Assembly: GCF_006345805.1 (NCBI RefSeq)
Contig: NC_043006.1
Span: 63,798,001-63,862,000 of the forward strand
Direction of reading: 5' to 3'
Length of the DNA stretch: 64,000 nucleotides
DNA from: Octopus sinensis
Taxonomy: Eukaryota
A program made the translations under genes and the position numbers. The notes beneath the pieces are model-generated. The model saw only the letters and a list, made by a program, of their open reading frames with translations. It was not told the DNA's origin and made no database searches. Shown here piece by piece: positions 49,970-61,590 of this stretch (position 1 is its first letter; every line of letters starts with the position of its first letter).

Positions 49970-51109
49970 TGTTAGATGCTTCAACAGTTGAAGACCATGT
50001 CATGCTCCAATGTTTACTTAGGCATGGTGTTTTTACAGCTGGGTCTCTTTCTTGATGCCAACCACTTTACAGAGTACATTGGTGGAGTTACCTTGTAACT
50101 TGCAAGACTAAGGGCCAAATGGGGCTCTAATCACTAAAGGAGAACAGCAGATAGGGGGTGCAAGTATACTTGGCAGGATGATGAAAGGGTGTAAAGTATG
50201 GAATGTGGAACTGGGTGGTAGTGGAGAAAGTAACAAAGTAGGGATCAACTGGGAGAGGTAATATGGACAGGACAGGGGATAAGGAAGGGATTAGTATCAA
50301 GGATTAATGAGAAGGGGAGGGACAGAGAGGTAAGGCTATGCTAAGGGCTGTGTAGGGAATTCCACAGCTAACTCATGTTATAAGGGCAAATATGAACAGA
50401 TGGTGTGAGGGAACATGAAAGAGAGATTAATGGGGGAAGGTGAGGATCCAGTAAGAATCATTGGAAGAAATTTGTTGCCACACCTGCATCTATTATATAC
50501 AAGGATTGAGAAAAATAATTCCTTACTCAGAAATGGTGAGGGTTGGCACCAGGAAGAGTATCCCACCATGGAATATCTACCTAAACAAATTTGCATCTGA
50601 CATTCACTTCTGTATGGAAACTTGGAAAAGTAGATGTTAAAACAATGAGGGCAATGACATTGCTGATTTTATGCCAATCTAAGAAGCCATTATTAGAATT
50701 TTAAATCTTTAATATTTTCTTTAATTTACGTTTCTCCTTGTATAATTCATGTTATTTTATTACCCCAACTCCATGGAAGCAATATTTTTTTAATATTCTT
50801 CGGAGTACTTTCAGTCTTTTCTTATTGTTCTCCTCTTCTTCTTCCATTATTATTAAGGTAACAAGCTGGCAGAATCATTAGCACTTCGAGTGAAATGCTT
50901 AGCGGTATTTCTCCTGCCTTAACGTTCTGAGTTTAAATTCCATTGAGATCGACTTTGCCTTTCATCCTTTTGGAGTCGATAAAATAAGTACCAGTTGAAT
51001 ACTGGGGGTCGATGTAATTGACTCATCCCCTCCCCCAAAATTGTTGCCCTTGTGGCACAATTTGAAACCTTTATTATTATTATTATCATCATCATTTATG
51101 GTTTCCTTT

Positions 51110-51620
51110 CATTATAACTTTATTTCAGCTGCCTTAGTACTTGGCATCCTCCGGAGGCCAAGAGTCACAAGAGCACTTTTGTTTAGCTAAACCTATCACC
51201 ACATTTATTCCATTTTAGATGGAGAATGCTTTCCGTAGTATATGGGCTGTACCCATCAAGGTTATCTCTTGTAGTTCACAGAGATTGGAATTACCAGGGA
51301 GTTGCTTAATTTACTTCTCAGATCCCTTCTTTATCATTCCCAATACACCAATTACTACTGGTAATATCATAGTGCTAAGCTTCCACATTTTTGTGATTTC
51401 AATTTACAGATCTTTATAGTGAGACAGCTTTTCATATTCCTTTCTTGAGACATTTTGATCTTGTGGGACAGACATGGACAAGTTCCTCTGTTGTAGTCCT
51501 TGTTCACAATGTCTGGTTGATTGGAGTCAATTTTTCTGTCTATTTGTATTGGGAAGTTCCAAAGAATGATGACGCCCTCACCATTTGCTACATCCTCTGG
51601 ATGGTGCCTGTGCCACTTAT
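51110..51620 (-). mobile_element. R4/Dong-like LINE 3' end (restriction-like endonuclease)
   Basis: ILWNFPIQIDRKIDSNQPDIV ... SVPQDQNVSRKEYEKLSHYKDL ... PVVIGVLG ... TLMGTAHILRK with stops/frameshift; both ends in (TAA)n. Confidence 0.8.
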
Positions 51621-52109
51621 TATTATTATTATTTGGTGAGCTGGCAGAATTGTTAGTGTGTTGAACAAAATGCCTGGCAAGTTTTCTTCCTATTTACTGC
51701 ATTCTGAGTTCAAATTCTGCCTAGGTCAACTTTGTCTATTATCTTTTGGGGGTCAATGAAATAAGTACCAATTAAGGGGCAGATGTAAGCAACAAACCCC
51801 ACCATTATAAAATTGCTGGCCTTGTGCCAAAATTTGAAAATTATTATTGTTGTTGCTGAGGTGGCAAGCTGGCAGAATCATTGAACTGCTGGACAAAATG
51901 CTTTGGAACATTTCTTCCATCGTTATGTTATGAGTTCAAATTGCACAAGGTCGACTCTATCGTCTGTTCTTTTGGGGTCGATGAAATAAGTACAAGTCAA
52001 GCACTGCTGTCAATGTAATCAACTTTCCTCCTTCCCAACAATATCGGGTGTTGTGCCTATAATAAAAAGAATTATTATTATATGGCCTTATACCACAGTT
52101 TTGAAGCCA

Positions 52110-52195
52110 TTCTTCTTCTTCTTCTTCTTCTTCTTCTTCTTCTTCTTCTTCTTCTCCTTCTCCTCCTCCTCCTCCTCCTCATCATCATCATCATC

Positions 52196-52235
<40 letters not shown>
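52110..52235. repeat. Compound trinucleotide microsatellite (TTC)n(TCC)n(TCA)n(TTA)n
   Basis: Directly visible. Many other (TA)n, (CA)n, (GA)n and (TAA)n tracts, e.g. 2780-2860, 21865-21985, 22915-23075. Confidence 0.95.
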
Positions 52236-52236
<1 letters not shown>

Positions 52237-52691
52237 GGTAGTGAGCTTGAGCTAGCAGAATTGTTAGCATACCTGGTAAAATACTTAGCGGTATTTCATC
52301 TGAACTCTATGTCCTGAGTTCAAATTTCGCCGAGGTCAGCTTTGCCTTTCATTCTTTCGGGGTCGATTAAATAAGTACCAGTTACACACTGGGGAGGTAG
52401 GGTCAGTGTAATCAACTTAATCCCTTCCCCCAAATTTGAGGCTTTGTGAAAGGATTATTATTATTATTATTATAACAGCAAGCTACCAGACTCATTAGCA
52501 TGCCAAGCAAAATGTTTAGTGGCATTTTGTCTGTTTAGGTTCTGGGTTCAAATTCTGCCATGATTGACTTTACCTTTCATTCTTTTGGGGTCGATAAAAT
52601 AAGTGTCAATTTAACACTGGGATCAATGTAATTGACTAGTCCTTTCCTCAAAATTATTTTTTATTTATTATTTATTTATTTATTATTACAG

Positions 52692-52761
52692 GTACTATTT
52701 ACAGGGAAACCAGTCCAAGAGCTGTGTCAAACTATGTTAGGTGTCATGTCACTCTTTCCAG
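52692..52761 (+). CDS. AVL9: AVL9 exon 7
   Basis: VLFTGKPVQELCQTMLGVMSLFP(G); TACAG acceptor, GTATG donor. Confidence 0.93.
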
Positions 52762-53126
52762 GTATGATCTTGAAGTTCATTTGCATTTCTTTACTTTTCT
52801 TCACTGATCTCCATTTATTTCTCCCCCCCAATATCAACTTTGCACAAGAAGGATGATGGTGTAAAAGATAAAAGATCTCTATATGTCATGCTGATGACTT
52901 CTAAAAAGAATGAAATAGTGTTGTACATAATTGCCTAAGACTGGAAATTTAAGGCCCTTTGCAATAAGTAAGCAAAACAAATTAAACATGTGTATTCTAT
53001 GCATCTTAGTCTTTGTTCTTTAATTTCAAAGTCAAACCTCCAGTCCTACCAAATATGGAAAAATGATTATTTCCCTTGTACCAGTTGTCTGCTAGGGGAT
53101 GCCACATATTTCAATAAAATATGATA

Positions 53127-53663
53127 TTGGGTCATCCCATAAATAATGCTGTTTTTGCAATTGCATGAACTAAAAGTTGGAGGGGGATGGGATAAATTAC
53201 CTGCATCAACTTGTTATAAAAGCAGGTAATAATTTTACCTTGTACTTACTCTTTGTCCAAGTTTTGAAGGGTGCAGTTCGATTTTAACAATTATTTTTGC
53301 AAAGCTATAATGGAAGTGACAAAGGAGCATATTCAGCATATTTTGCTTTATGGGTTCAATAAAGGCAACAACTCAACAGAAAGTGCAAGGAATATTAATG
53401 CAGTAAATGGGGATCAGACAATAAGCATAAGCCAGTGTCAGCAGTGGTTCCAGAAATTCCAAGCCAAAAACTACAGTCTAGAAGACAAGTCTTGTCCTGC
53501 AAACTCTGGTGGAACAAAATCCTGTCAAGTCTACCAGATACATGGCAGAGCATTCTAGAAAATGAAGGAGAGTATATTTTAGATTAAAAACGAATATTGT
53601 TTATCTTAATTTTGAAAAATAAAAGAAGTATAAAAAAAAACTATTATTTATGGTATGACCCAA
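53127..53663 (+). mobile_element. Internally deleted mariner element
   Basis: TA|TTGGGTCATCCCATAAATAAT ... ATTATTTATGGTATGACCCAA|TA; encodes MEVTKEHIQHILLYGFNKG...QWFQKFQAKNYSLED (mariner N-terminal HTH). Confidence 0.88.
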
Positions 53664-55568
53664 TACATAAATAGGACAGTAGAACGACATAACTGGCTGA
53701 ATGGTGGATAGATGCTTTGCAGTACATCGTTAAGTCCTTCTTTATGCCTTTAGATATCGAGTTACATCCCTTCTATCTCTTATACAGATGATGTCACCTT
53801 TTATTCTTTGGTTTCTTTTTTTTTTCTTGCAAACTTTCCATTCACATGCAACCTAGACACCTCATGTCAGGCTTGCATTATTTTATTAACAAAAAATATT
53901 AAAACCTCTTCCAACACCATGACTAAAGAAGTCTTGCATTTCCCTATCTCCGCAACATGAACAACATCAACTGCACTTGGTGGCATAAAAGACACACAAC
54001 AGGTGTATTAGACTCACCCCAATTTCGGCAGTGCATATTCAAGAAAAAAAGTCCATTAAAGAATATAATATAGATCCAGTGTAGATTACAGCACCCAGAG
54101 CCTTGCTGTTTTTTTCAATGGGGGCCTCTTATATCCCATTAAATCATAGTGTGACCAGGTAATCATATGCTATTATACATCACTGGTCACAATGTGCTTC
54201 ACATTGTTTTAGATTTCAAATAATACCGCCCCACTGGCTAGGCAAGCAGGCCAACATTCGCCCTGAGCGGAAGGCTATTCTGTCACAGGGTAATCCATTT
54301 ACAGTCATCAAATACAGTAAATAACCCCATCAAAGTTCATCTAAATCCCAGGCCTCACAGTCTGTGATGATATATCAGTGCAACCTCACATATGTAACAT
54401 TGATTTTAAAGATAGATAAGACCTTATCCTTGAACAACTGCTTACTTGAGCTTTGTAGAAGCTCAAGTGAGATGCACGTACCATTAGAGATTGAATCAGA
54501 AGTCAGTATAACACTCTATACATGCAGGGTTTAAACAGCTATTATGACTCCTCTAAGGCAGCAAGCTGGCAGAAACGTTAGCACACCAGGCAAAATTCTT
54601 AGCAGTATTTTATCTGACTTTACATTCTGAGTTCAAATTCCATCAAGGTTGACTTTGCCTTTCATCCTTTCAAGGTCGATAAATTAAGTACCAGTTGCAT
54701 ACTGGAGTCAATCTAAGTGACTGGCACCCTTCCCTCCAAATTTTGGGCCTTGTGCCTAGAGCAGAAAAGGTTTATAAGGCAACGAGCTGACAGAATTGTT
54801 TGCAGGCCAGGCGAAATGCTTAGCAGTATTTCGTCTGTCTTTACATTTTGAGTTCAAATTTCGCTGAGTTTGACTTTGCCTTTCATCCTTTTAGGGTCAA
54901 TAAATTAAGTACCAGTTTTGTACTGGGGTCAATCTAATCGACTGGCCCCCTTCCCCAAAATTTCGGGCCTTGTGCCTAGAGTAGAAAAGATTATGACTCC
55001 TCTATAGGCACAATATGGGCAAATGGTCAAGAAGTTCACTTCACGCTCATAAGGATCTGGGTTCAGTCCCACTTCATGGCATCTTTAGCAAATGTCATTT
55101 TTTATAGTGTTAGATCATTCCAAATCTTTTGAGTGAAATTGTGGAGATGCATAAGAACTCATCAGGTGTCACACTGATTCTCTCAGAGAATTACATGAAG
55201 TGTAGACATCATCATCATCATCATGCTAGACTGGTTTGGACAATATGATAGGAGCTAGTAAGCTGGAGAACTATACCAACCTCCAATTGTCTATTTTAGC
55301 ATAGTTTCTACAGCTGTATACCATTCCTAACACCAACCACTTTACAGACTGTACTGGGTGCTTTGTATGTTGCACCAGCACCAGTGCTTTATACATGGTA
55401 TACTCAGTCACTTCTTCTTTAACTCAGGAACGGGTAATTCTGTTGGTCAAACACTTGAATCTTAATTGTCCAAATTATGGAAACCCATGACTCTTTTAAT
55501 TTTGTATTTTATTAATTTGAGTTCTTTTAACTTTTACTGTTATATTTTCCTTTGTTTCTTTGATCCAG

Positions 55569-56752
55569 GTTTAATAGAATATGGCCTGAAGGAATCTGCC
55601 TGCTATTCCCCTCACAGACAAATCTCACCAACATTAAAATTTCACCAAATGGAATCCGACGACGGATTCCTAGAGGTCAGCTACCACAAAAATACCAACT
55701 GTGATATTCCCATCCCCCCCAGACCACCTTCAAGAACCACGAGTTTAGCATCCGAGCCAGAGAATCAGACGATAGTCCGTGACGAGAATGACGAGCTAGA
55801 TTTACCGTGCAGTCCATTCAGATCAGCGCCACTACCCTCATCAGACACATTCCCTACAACTGCAATGTCTCTGCCACGCAGTACCGAAGCTGGATCTCAG
55901 AAAGACATGACCATCACAAAAGACACCAATGCTTCACACTCAAGCTCTGTGTCAACTGTTTCATCTGTGACAAAAATGGAACTTGATGCAACAGAGAAAG
56001 ATTTGCTAAATAACAACAATCAGAACTGTAGAATTTCCTCCCATGCTGATGGATCTTCATCTCCTGTCATCAGTAGGGCTGAATTACATAACACAACAAA
56101 GACCACTCTAGGTCACATGGTTGCAGAAGATGATTTGCTCAAAGATCAAGGGAAGACTCGCTCTTCAGAGAGACGCCTCAAGGTAGACTTGGAGATTGAC
56201 GAAAATGAAACCTTATCTGAAGACCTGAAACGAAGTGAGAGTATTGAAGAACTGGACTCTCCAGAGTCAATCAGTAAAATTGATCGAGAGGATTGCTTCT
56301 CATGGGAGGAAGACCGTATTGTACTTGAAATAAATGATGAACATGATTCAAAGAGTGATTGCGAAAGGTCTCCATGCCTAGTGTCAAGCAATTCCACTGA
56401 TCCATCAACTGCTACAACCACCACTTCCACCACCAATGGCGTCTGTGATAAAAATGGCAGGCCACATAAGATTGAGGCTATTTCTGAGCTCCCTGGTGGC
56501 ACAGCTGGACTAATACATCCCACTGCTGACAATTCCTGTGAGATGCCATTGAAAAATTCATCAACTACGCTGACACAATCCAAAGAAGACACTGCTGACG
56601 ATCCATTTCTCCCATCTGAAGATTCCCACCAGGGGTCAAATAAAAAACCCTCATCTTTGAATATTGAAAGCAATTCCTTAGAGGATGGTATAGCCATGAC
56701 AACAACACTTCAAGCAGATGAATATGGTCTCCCTTTGGCAATATTTTCCAAG
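55569..56752 (+). CDS. AVL9: AVL9 exon 8 (1184 nt, long low-complexity linker)
   Basis: Starts (G)LIEYGLKES and ends DEYGLPLAIFSK, both conserved AVL9 anchors; open throughout; CCAG acceptor, weak AAG|GTCTGG donor; phases fit both neighbours. Confidence 0.9.
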
Positions 56753-57452
56753 GTCTGGAAATGTTTCTTTTTTATAATTACCACTCTTTATCATCATCAT
56801 CATCATCATCACTGAAGTCAACTTTACTTTTCATCCCTCCAGGGTTGATAAAATACAGACCAGTCAAGTACTTATTCTATCGGTCTCTTTTGCTGAGCCA
56901 TTAAGTTACGGGACCATAAACACACCAGCACTGCTTGTTAGGTGGGGGGGGGGAGACTAACACAAACATACACACATACATACAAAAGGCTTCTTTCAGT
57001 TTCTATCCACAAAATCCACTGACATGGTTGTGGTCAGCCCAAGGCTATAGTAGAAAACACTTGCCAAAGATGCCATGTGATGGGACTGAACCCAGAACCA
57101 TGTGGATGGGAAACAAATTTCTTACCACACAGCCACGCCTATAGCTATCTATTGTGTTTTTAACACATGTCCATAACAGATGTTATTTCAGGACAAATAC
57201 TGCAGTAACTAGCCTGTCAGTAGTGTATATACATTAAATATGATATACAGATACCTGTTTTACTAAATATGAGGAAACACCATTCAAAAGTAGTTGTTGA
57301 AAACTCCTAATTCCAGTGGTTTTGCAAATTTTGTACACCCCCTCGTAATTTCTCTTGCATATCTCTGTGTACATATATTCTGGTTTTAGAAACCTTGCTC
57401 CCATCCTTTATCTCATTATTTTTATTTTCTTTTATCTTTCTTTTCCTTTCAG

Positions 57453-57587
57453 GGCTGCCTGTGTCATCCCTATCTCTCGCTGCAGTTCTTTGATCTCCTT
57501 GAAGATGTAAATGTGCGGGGTTTCGTAATTGGTGCCACAAATATATTGTTTAAACAGCGCAAACACCTCACTGATGTCGTCGTAGAG
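57453..57587 (+). CDS. AVL9: AVL9 exon 9
   Basis: GCLCHPYLSLQFFDLLEDVNVRGFVIGATNILFKQRKHLTDVVVE; canonical sites. Confidence 0.96.
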
Positions 57588-58453
57588 GTAAGTTGCTGCA
57601 GAGAGTAGAAACAATGGGCTGGGACAAAGATTGGTAAGTGGATAGAGTGCAGGACTACCTACCCAAAGAACGTGTGTTTGCATCTACTGTGCAGGGGTTT
57701 CATTGTGTCTCTAGAACCTAACTTATCATCCTATGCAGCCACTTTAAATGATTGATTTGTAAATCTACAATGTGAAGGTTACGTATGAGAGTGTGTGTCT
57801 GTGTTGCTTCAGTAATTTGTAAAAACCAGTGCCAATATTTTTGTTTTTTAACTGGCACTCTGTCAGTTATGACGACAAGGTTCCTGTTGGTCCAATGAAC
57901 GAAACAGCCTGCTCATGAAATTAACATACAAATGGCTGAATGCTCCACAAACACATTTACCCTTAACATAGTTCTCAGGGAGATTCACTGTGACAGGTCT
58001 GGCCCTATGAAATACAGGTACAACTCGCTTTTGCTAGTTGAGTTGACTGTAACAACATGAAATAAAGTATCCTGCTCAGAGATACAACACGCCCCCCCAG
58101 GTATTGAACTCGTAACATTGTGATCATGAGTTGAATATCCTGATCACTTAGTCATATACAACATAGTTTCCTAGGTTTGCTCAGCAGTCTACTTCCACCA
58201 CCACCACCACTTCATTGCATGTATAGAAGATAACTCATCTGATCTGAAGGTTACTTCCCTGTTGCTGGTCTTAATGGCTCTGTAAAAAAAAATCATGTCC
58301 ACTGCCTTTTCTAAGTTCTAAACTAATTAAAAAATTAAATAAATAAAATTTCTGTATTCAGTCTTTACAATTACTTTTACTATTTTCAAAATATGTTAAG
58401 CATACCATATTTCTTTTGTTTATTCTCTCCATGACATGACCACCACCACTTAG

Positions 58454-58589
58454 GTAAACGATGGACGAATCGACTTCCATGACAATGAATTGAAGAAACA
58501 GCTGAATCTAACAACAACAGATTTGAGGTTTGCAGACTACCTCGTGAAAATTGTCACCGAAAATAAAACCCTTTTCCTTGATGGTACAG
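58454..58589 (+). CDS. AVL9: AVL9 exon 10
   Basis: VNDGRIDFHDNELKKQLNLTTTDLRFADYLVKIVTENKTLFLDGT; contains the DLRFADYL motif. Confidence 0.96.
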
Positions 58590-60361
58590 GTAAGTTATTA
58601 ATAGACTGGCTGGAGACAGTCATAAAGGGTCGGCATCTCATGTCTCGTTACAAACACTACATTTTATCTATTGGTTTAAACTTTTTTTGATTCTCAATAG
58701 CCCAGTCCACTTAGCTGTAAAGTAGGTACTGCTCCAGATCACCTCTGATAGTCAGCCAAACAAGTAGTTGCAATCCATTGATCTGTCTTTATTTAGCTCT
58801 CAGGTCAGCTCTGATTGAATGTACCTATTGTGAAAAGTAATCCATCCATGATCATCATCATCATCGTTTAACGTCCATTTTCCATGCTAGCATGGGTTGG
58901 ATGGTTCAACCGGGGTCTGGGAAGCCAGGAAGCTGCAACAGGCTCCAGTCTGATCTGGCAGTGTTTCTACAGCTGGATGCCCTTCCTAACGCCAACCACT
59001 CCATGAGTGTAGTGGGTGCTTTTTACGTGCCAAGGGATGCTGGTAGCGGCCACGATCAGTTGGTGCTTATTACGTGCTACCGCACGGAAGCCAGTAAAGG
59101 CGGCACTGGCATCACCCACGTTCGGATGATGCTTTTTATGTGCCACCGGCACAGGCATCTAACTACAATTTCCAAATCATAATATTTCTAGAACTATATC
59201 ATTTAAAACAGCCAGGTTATGATTTTTGATGGAGGAATAAATAGAAGCTATTTCCAGAAGACTGAACAACTACACAGAAGCTCCCTAATTGACTCAAAAA
59301 GAATTGGTCTGTATGTTGTTGTGGTGTTTCAACTCCGATTGATTTCTGTATGATGACACTTTCGACTTTAGAAATATTGCAACAATCTCTGTAGAAATCA
59401 GCTTTATTGATCTTTTTGGTCCAGAAAGGGTGACCTTAACCTAGTTTTCTTGTTTATTGGAAACAAAATCTATATTCTTTTAGTAACCACAACGAATTCA
59501 TAAAGTTTGATATTTAGTTCCAAATTTATACCATCATCATAGCTCTCATACACACACAGTGTGTGCTTTGTTTGTATGCCAACCATTTTACAATACATTC
59601 TTCTAAGGGCTTTGACAAAATTATTGGATGTGGTGAATTGGAAGAAAAAGCCTGAGAAATCTGTTTTTAATTTCATTAAATACTTATATTCATTAAATGT
59701 TCTCAATCTCATAGTCTTTCTCTTTCTCAACACTGTTATAGTTATACATATGCCAAATATGCTGTGGGATAGCATCCAGGGAAAGCTCCCTACACGATAT
59801 ATAAAGAAAACACACACTATGTATGTGCGACTGATAATATTTATTTTATGAGATCTGCTTTTAATTCCTAATCATCATTCTAGTTATTTATTGAACCCAT
59901 TTGATTGTCCCCACTCAGTCCACTCCAACTACAGTTCTTCCTTGATACCATTTCCTTTCCTTACTGCCCAGAAGTTTTTTCACTTGTTACCCATCCTCCA
60001 TCATGGAGGAGCACAGCTTAATGGTTAGGGTATTGGGCCCATGATGGTAAGATTGTGGTTTCAATTCCTGGACCAGCCGATGTGTTGTATTTCTGAGCAA
60101 AACACTTCATTTCCCGTTGCTCCAATCTGCTCAGCTGGCAAAAATGAGTAACCCTGCGATGGACTGGCACCCCATCCAGGAGGGGAATATATACGCCATG
60201 GAAACCGGAAAACTGGCCTTTATGAGTCGGCATGGCTCAAGAAGGAACTTGACCTTTTTTACCATCCTTCATGCATTAATACTGTTCTCCTCCCCTCTGG
60301 GCCATGAAATTATTTCTCCACCACCATCACCACGTCTTACTATCCCCATTCACTTCACATG

Positions 60362-60413
<52 letters not shown>

Positions 60414-61509
60414 CCATCTACTCCTGCAACCAAACCAACATCATGTCATCTCCCTTTTGTCCTTCTCCTGTCTACTGTATCATCATTACTGTTCTGCTGC
60501 CTTACTCTATCAGACATCTCTGTCGATGATGATGACTTTGAACCCAGAACACACACAACCAGAACAGATACTGGAAGGCATTCCCATTCAATACTCTTGC
60601 AGTTCTATCAGTCCTCTGCTCTGGACTGCTACTTAAATTTTTAGCCTTAAAAGGATGAAAGATAAAGTTGACTTCGGCAGAATTTGAACTTAGAACTCAG
60701 GGAACCCAAGCATATTCCAACAAGGTATTTAATCTGATAATCTAACAAATTTGCCACTTCACTGCCTAAAGCTTTTGCTGATGAAAGATTAAATCAACTG
60801 CACTGGACTTGATATCCAGTTTGTGACAACATTTTCCAAGTGATTTTGTAACTATTCCATCACCACCGAGGGAACAAAAGCAGCATGGAATAAAAGAGTG
60901 TTATGGTCAGATTTGAACTTTGATCAGTGAGCAAGTTGTACTGTGGTGATGATAATGGCTGTTTCTTTGTGTCTGAAAATCATGAGGAAGAGCGGTACAT
61001 TCTCAGGTGGCCATGAAACCAATCCTTGACGCTGCAGGAGAGCTTTTCTTCCTGCTGTGCTTAATAGTTTTAAACTAAGAGTCAGTTCCTACACTCCAAT
61101 CCCACTCGGAGGTCTGACCACAGTGGCTCAGCAGGCCAAAAGGTAGCAGTGACCAGCAAGCTATAGGTTTTTACACTGACATGGCCTTTTCCTAGGTGAA
61201 TTGCTTTACAGTACTGGAGAGCTTCACCTACCCTGGAATTACCCAAAGGGTGTCACCTGAGTCCCCACCCCTTAATTTGCTGCCAAGGTTGATTCACCTC
61301 CCCTAACCTTCCTCTTTCCTAAGGCATTCACAAGGCATTGAGGGTTTGTGCTTTGAGTTTATTCCCTAACCTACTAATTAGGCAATAGCTGGGACCCTTA
61401 GCAGGTGCTACTACTCTGGGTGAGAGTAGTCCAATACCTCATACTTTAACCAGTCATCTCTGTTGTTTCTACATGCTTTGATAATTTCTTCTTTCTTCAT
61501 TAATTGTAG

Positions 61510-61590
61510 AGTGGGAAGGAGGAGACGAATGGGTGAGACTACAGTTCAAGGAATACATCTTGTCCCTGCTCGCCAGCACGCATAATGGAG
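61510..61590 (+). CDS. AVL9: AVL9 exon 11 (81 nt, symmetric phase 1-1)
   Basis: (E)WEGGDEWVRLQFKEYILSLLASTHNG; WEGGDEW motif; TGTAG acceptor, GTGAGT donor. Confidence 0.96.

Noticed and set aside
52890-52925. CTGATGA...GAAA hammerhead candidate
   Set aside because: Stem II closing pair mismatched and no stem III or cleavage triplet.
56146-56697. 183-aa antisense ORF
   Set aside because: Shadow frame of the AVL9 exon; no recognisable domain.
55466-56815. 449-aa ORF as a stand-alone intronless gene
   Set aside because: It is AVL9 exon 8 extended into flanking intron; conserved anchors and splice sites fit the multi-exon gene.
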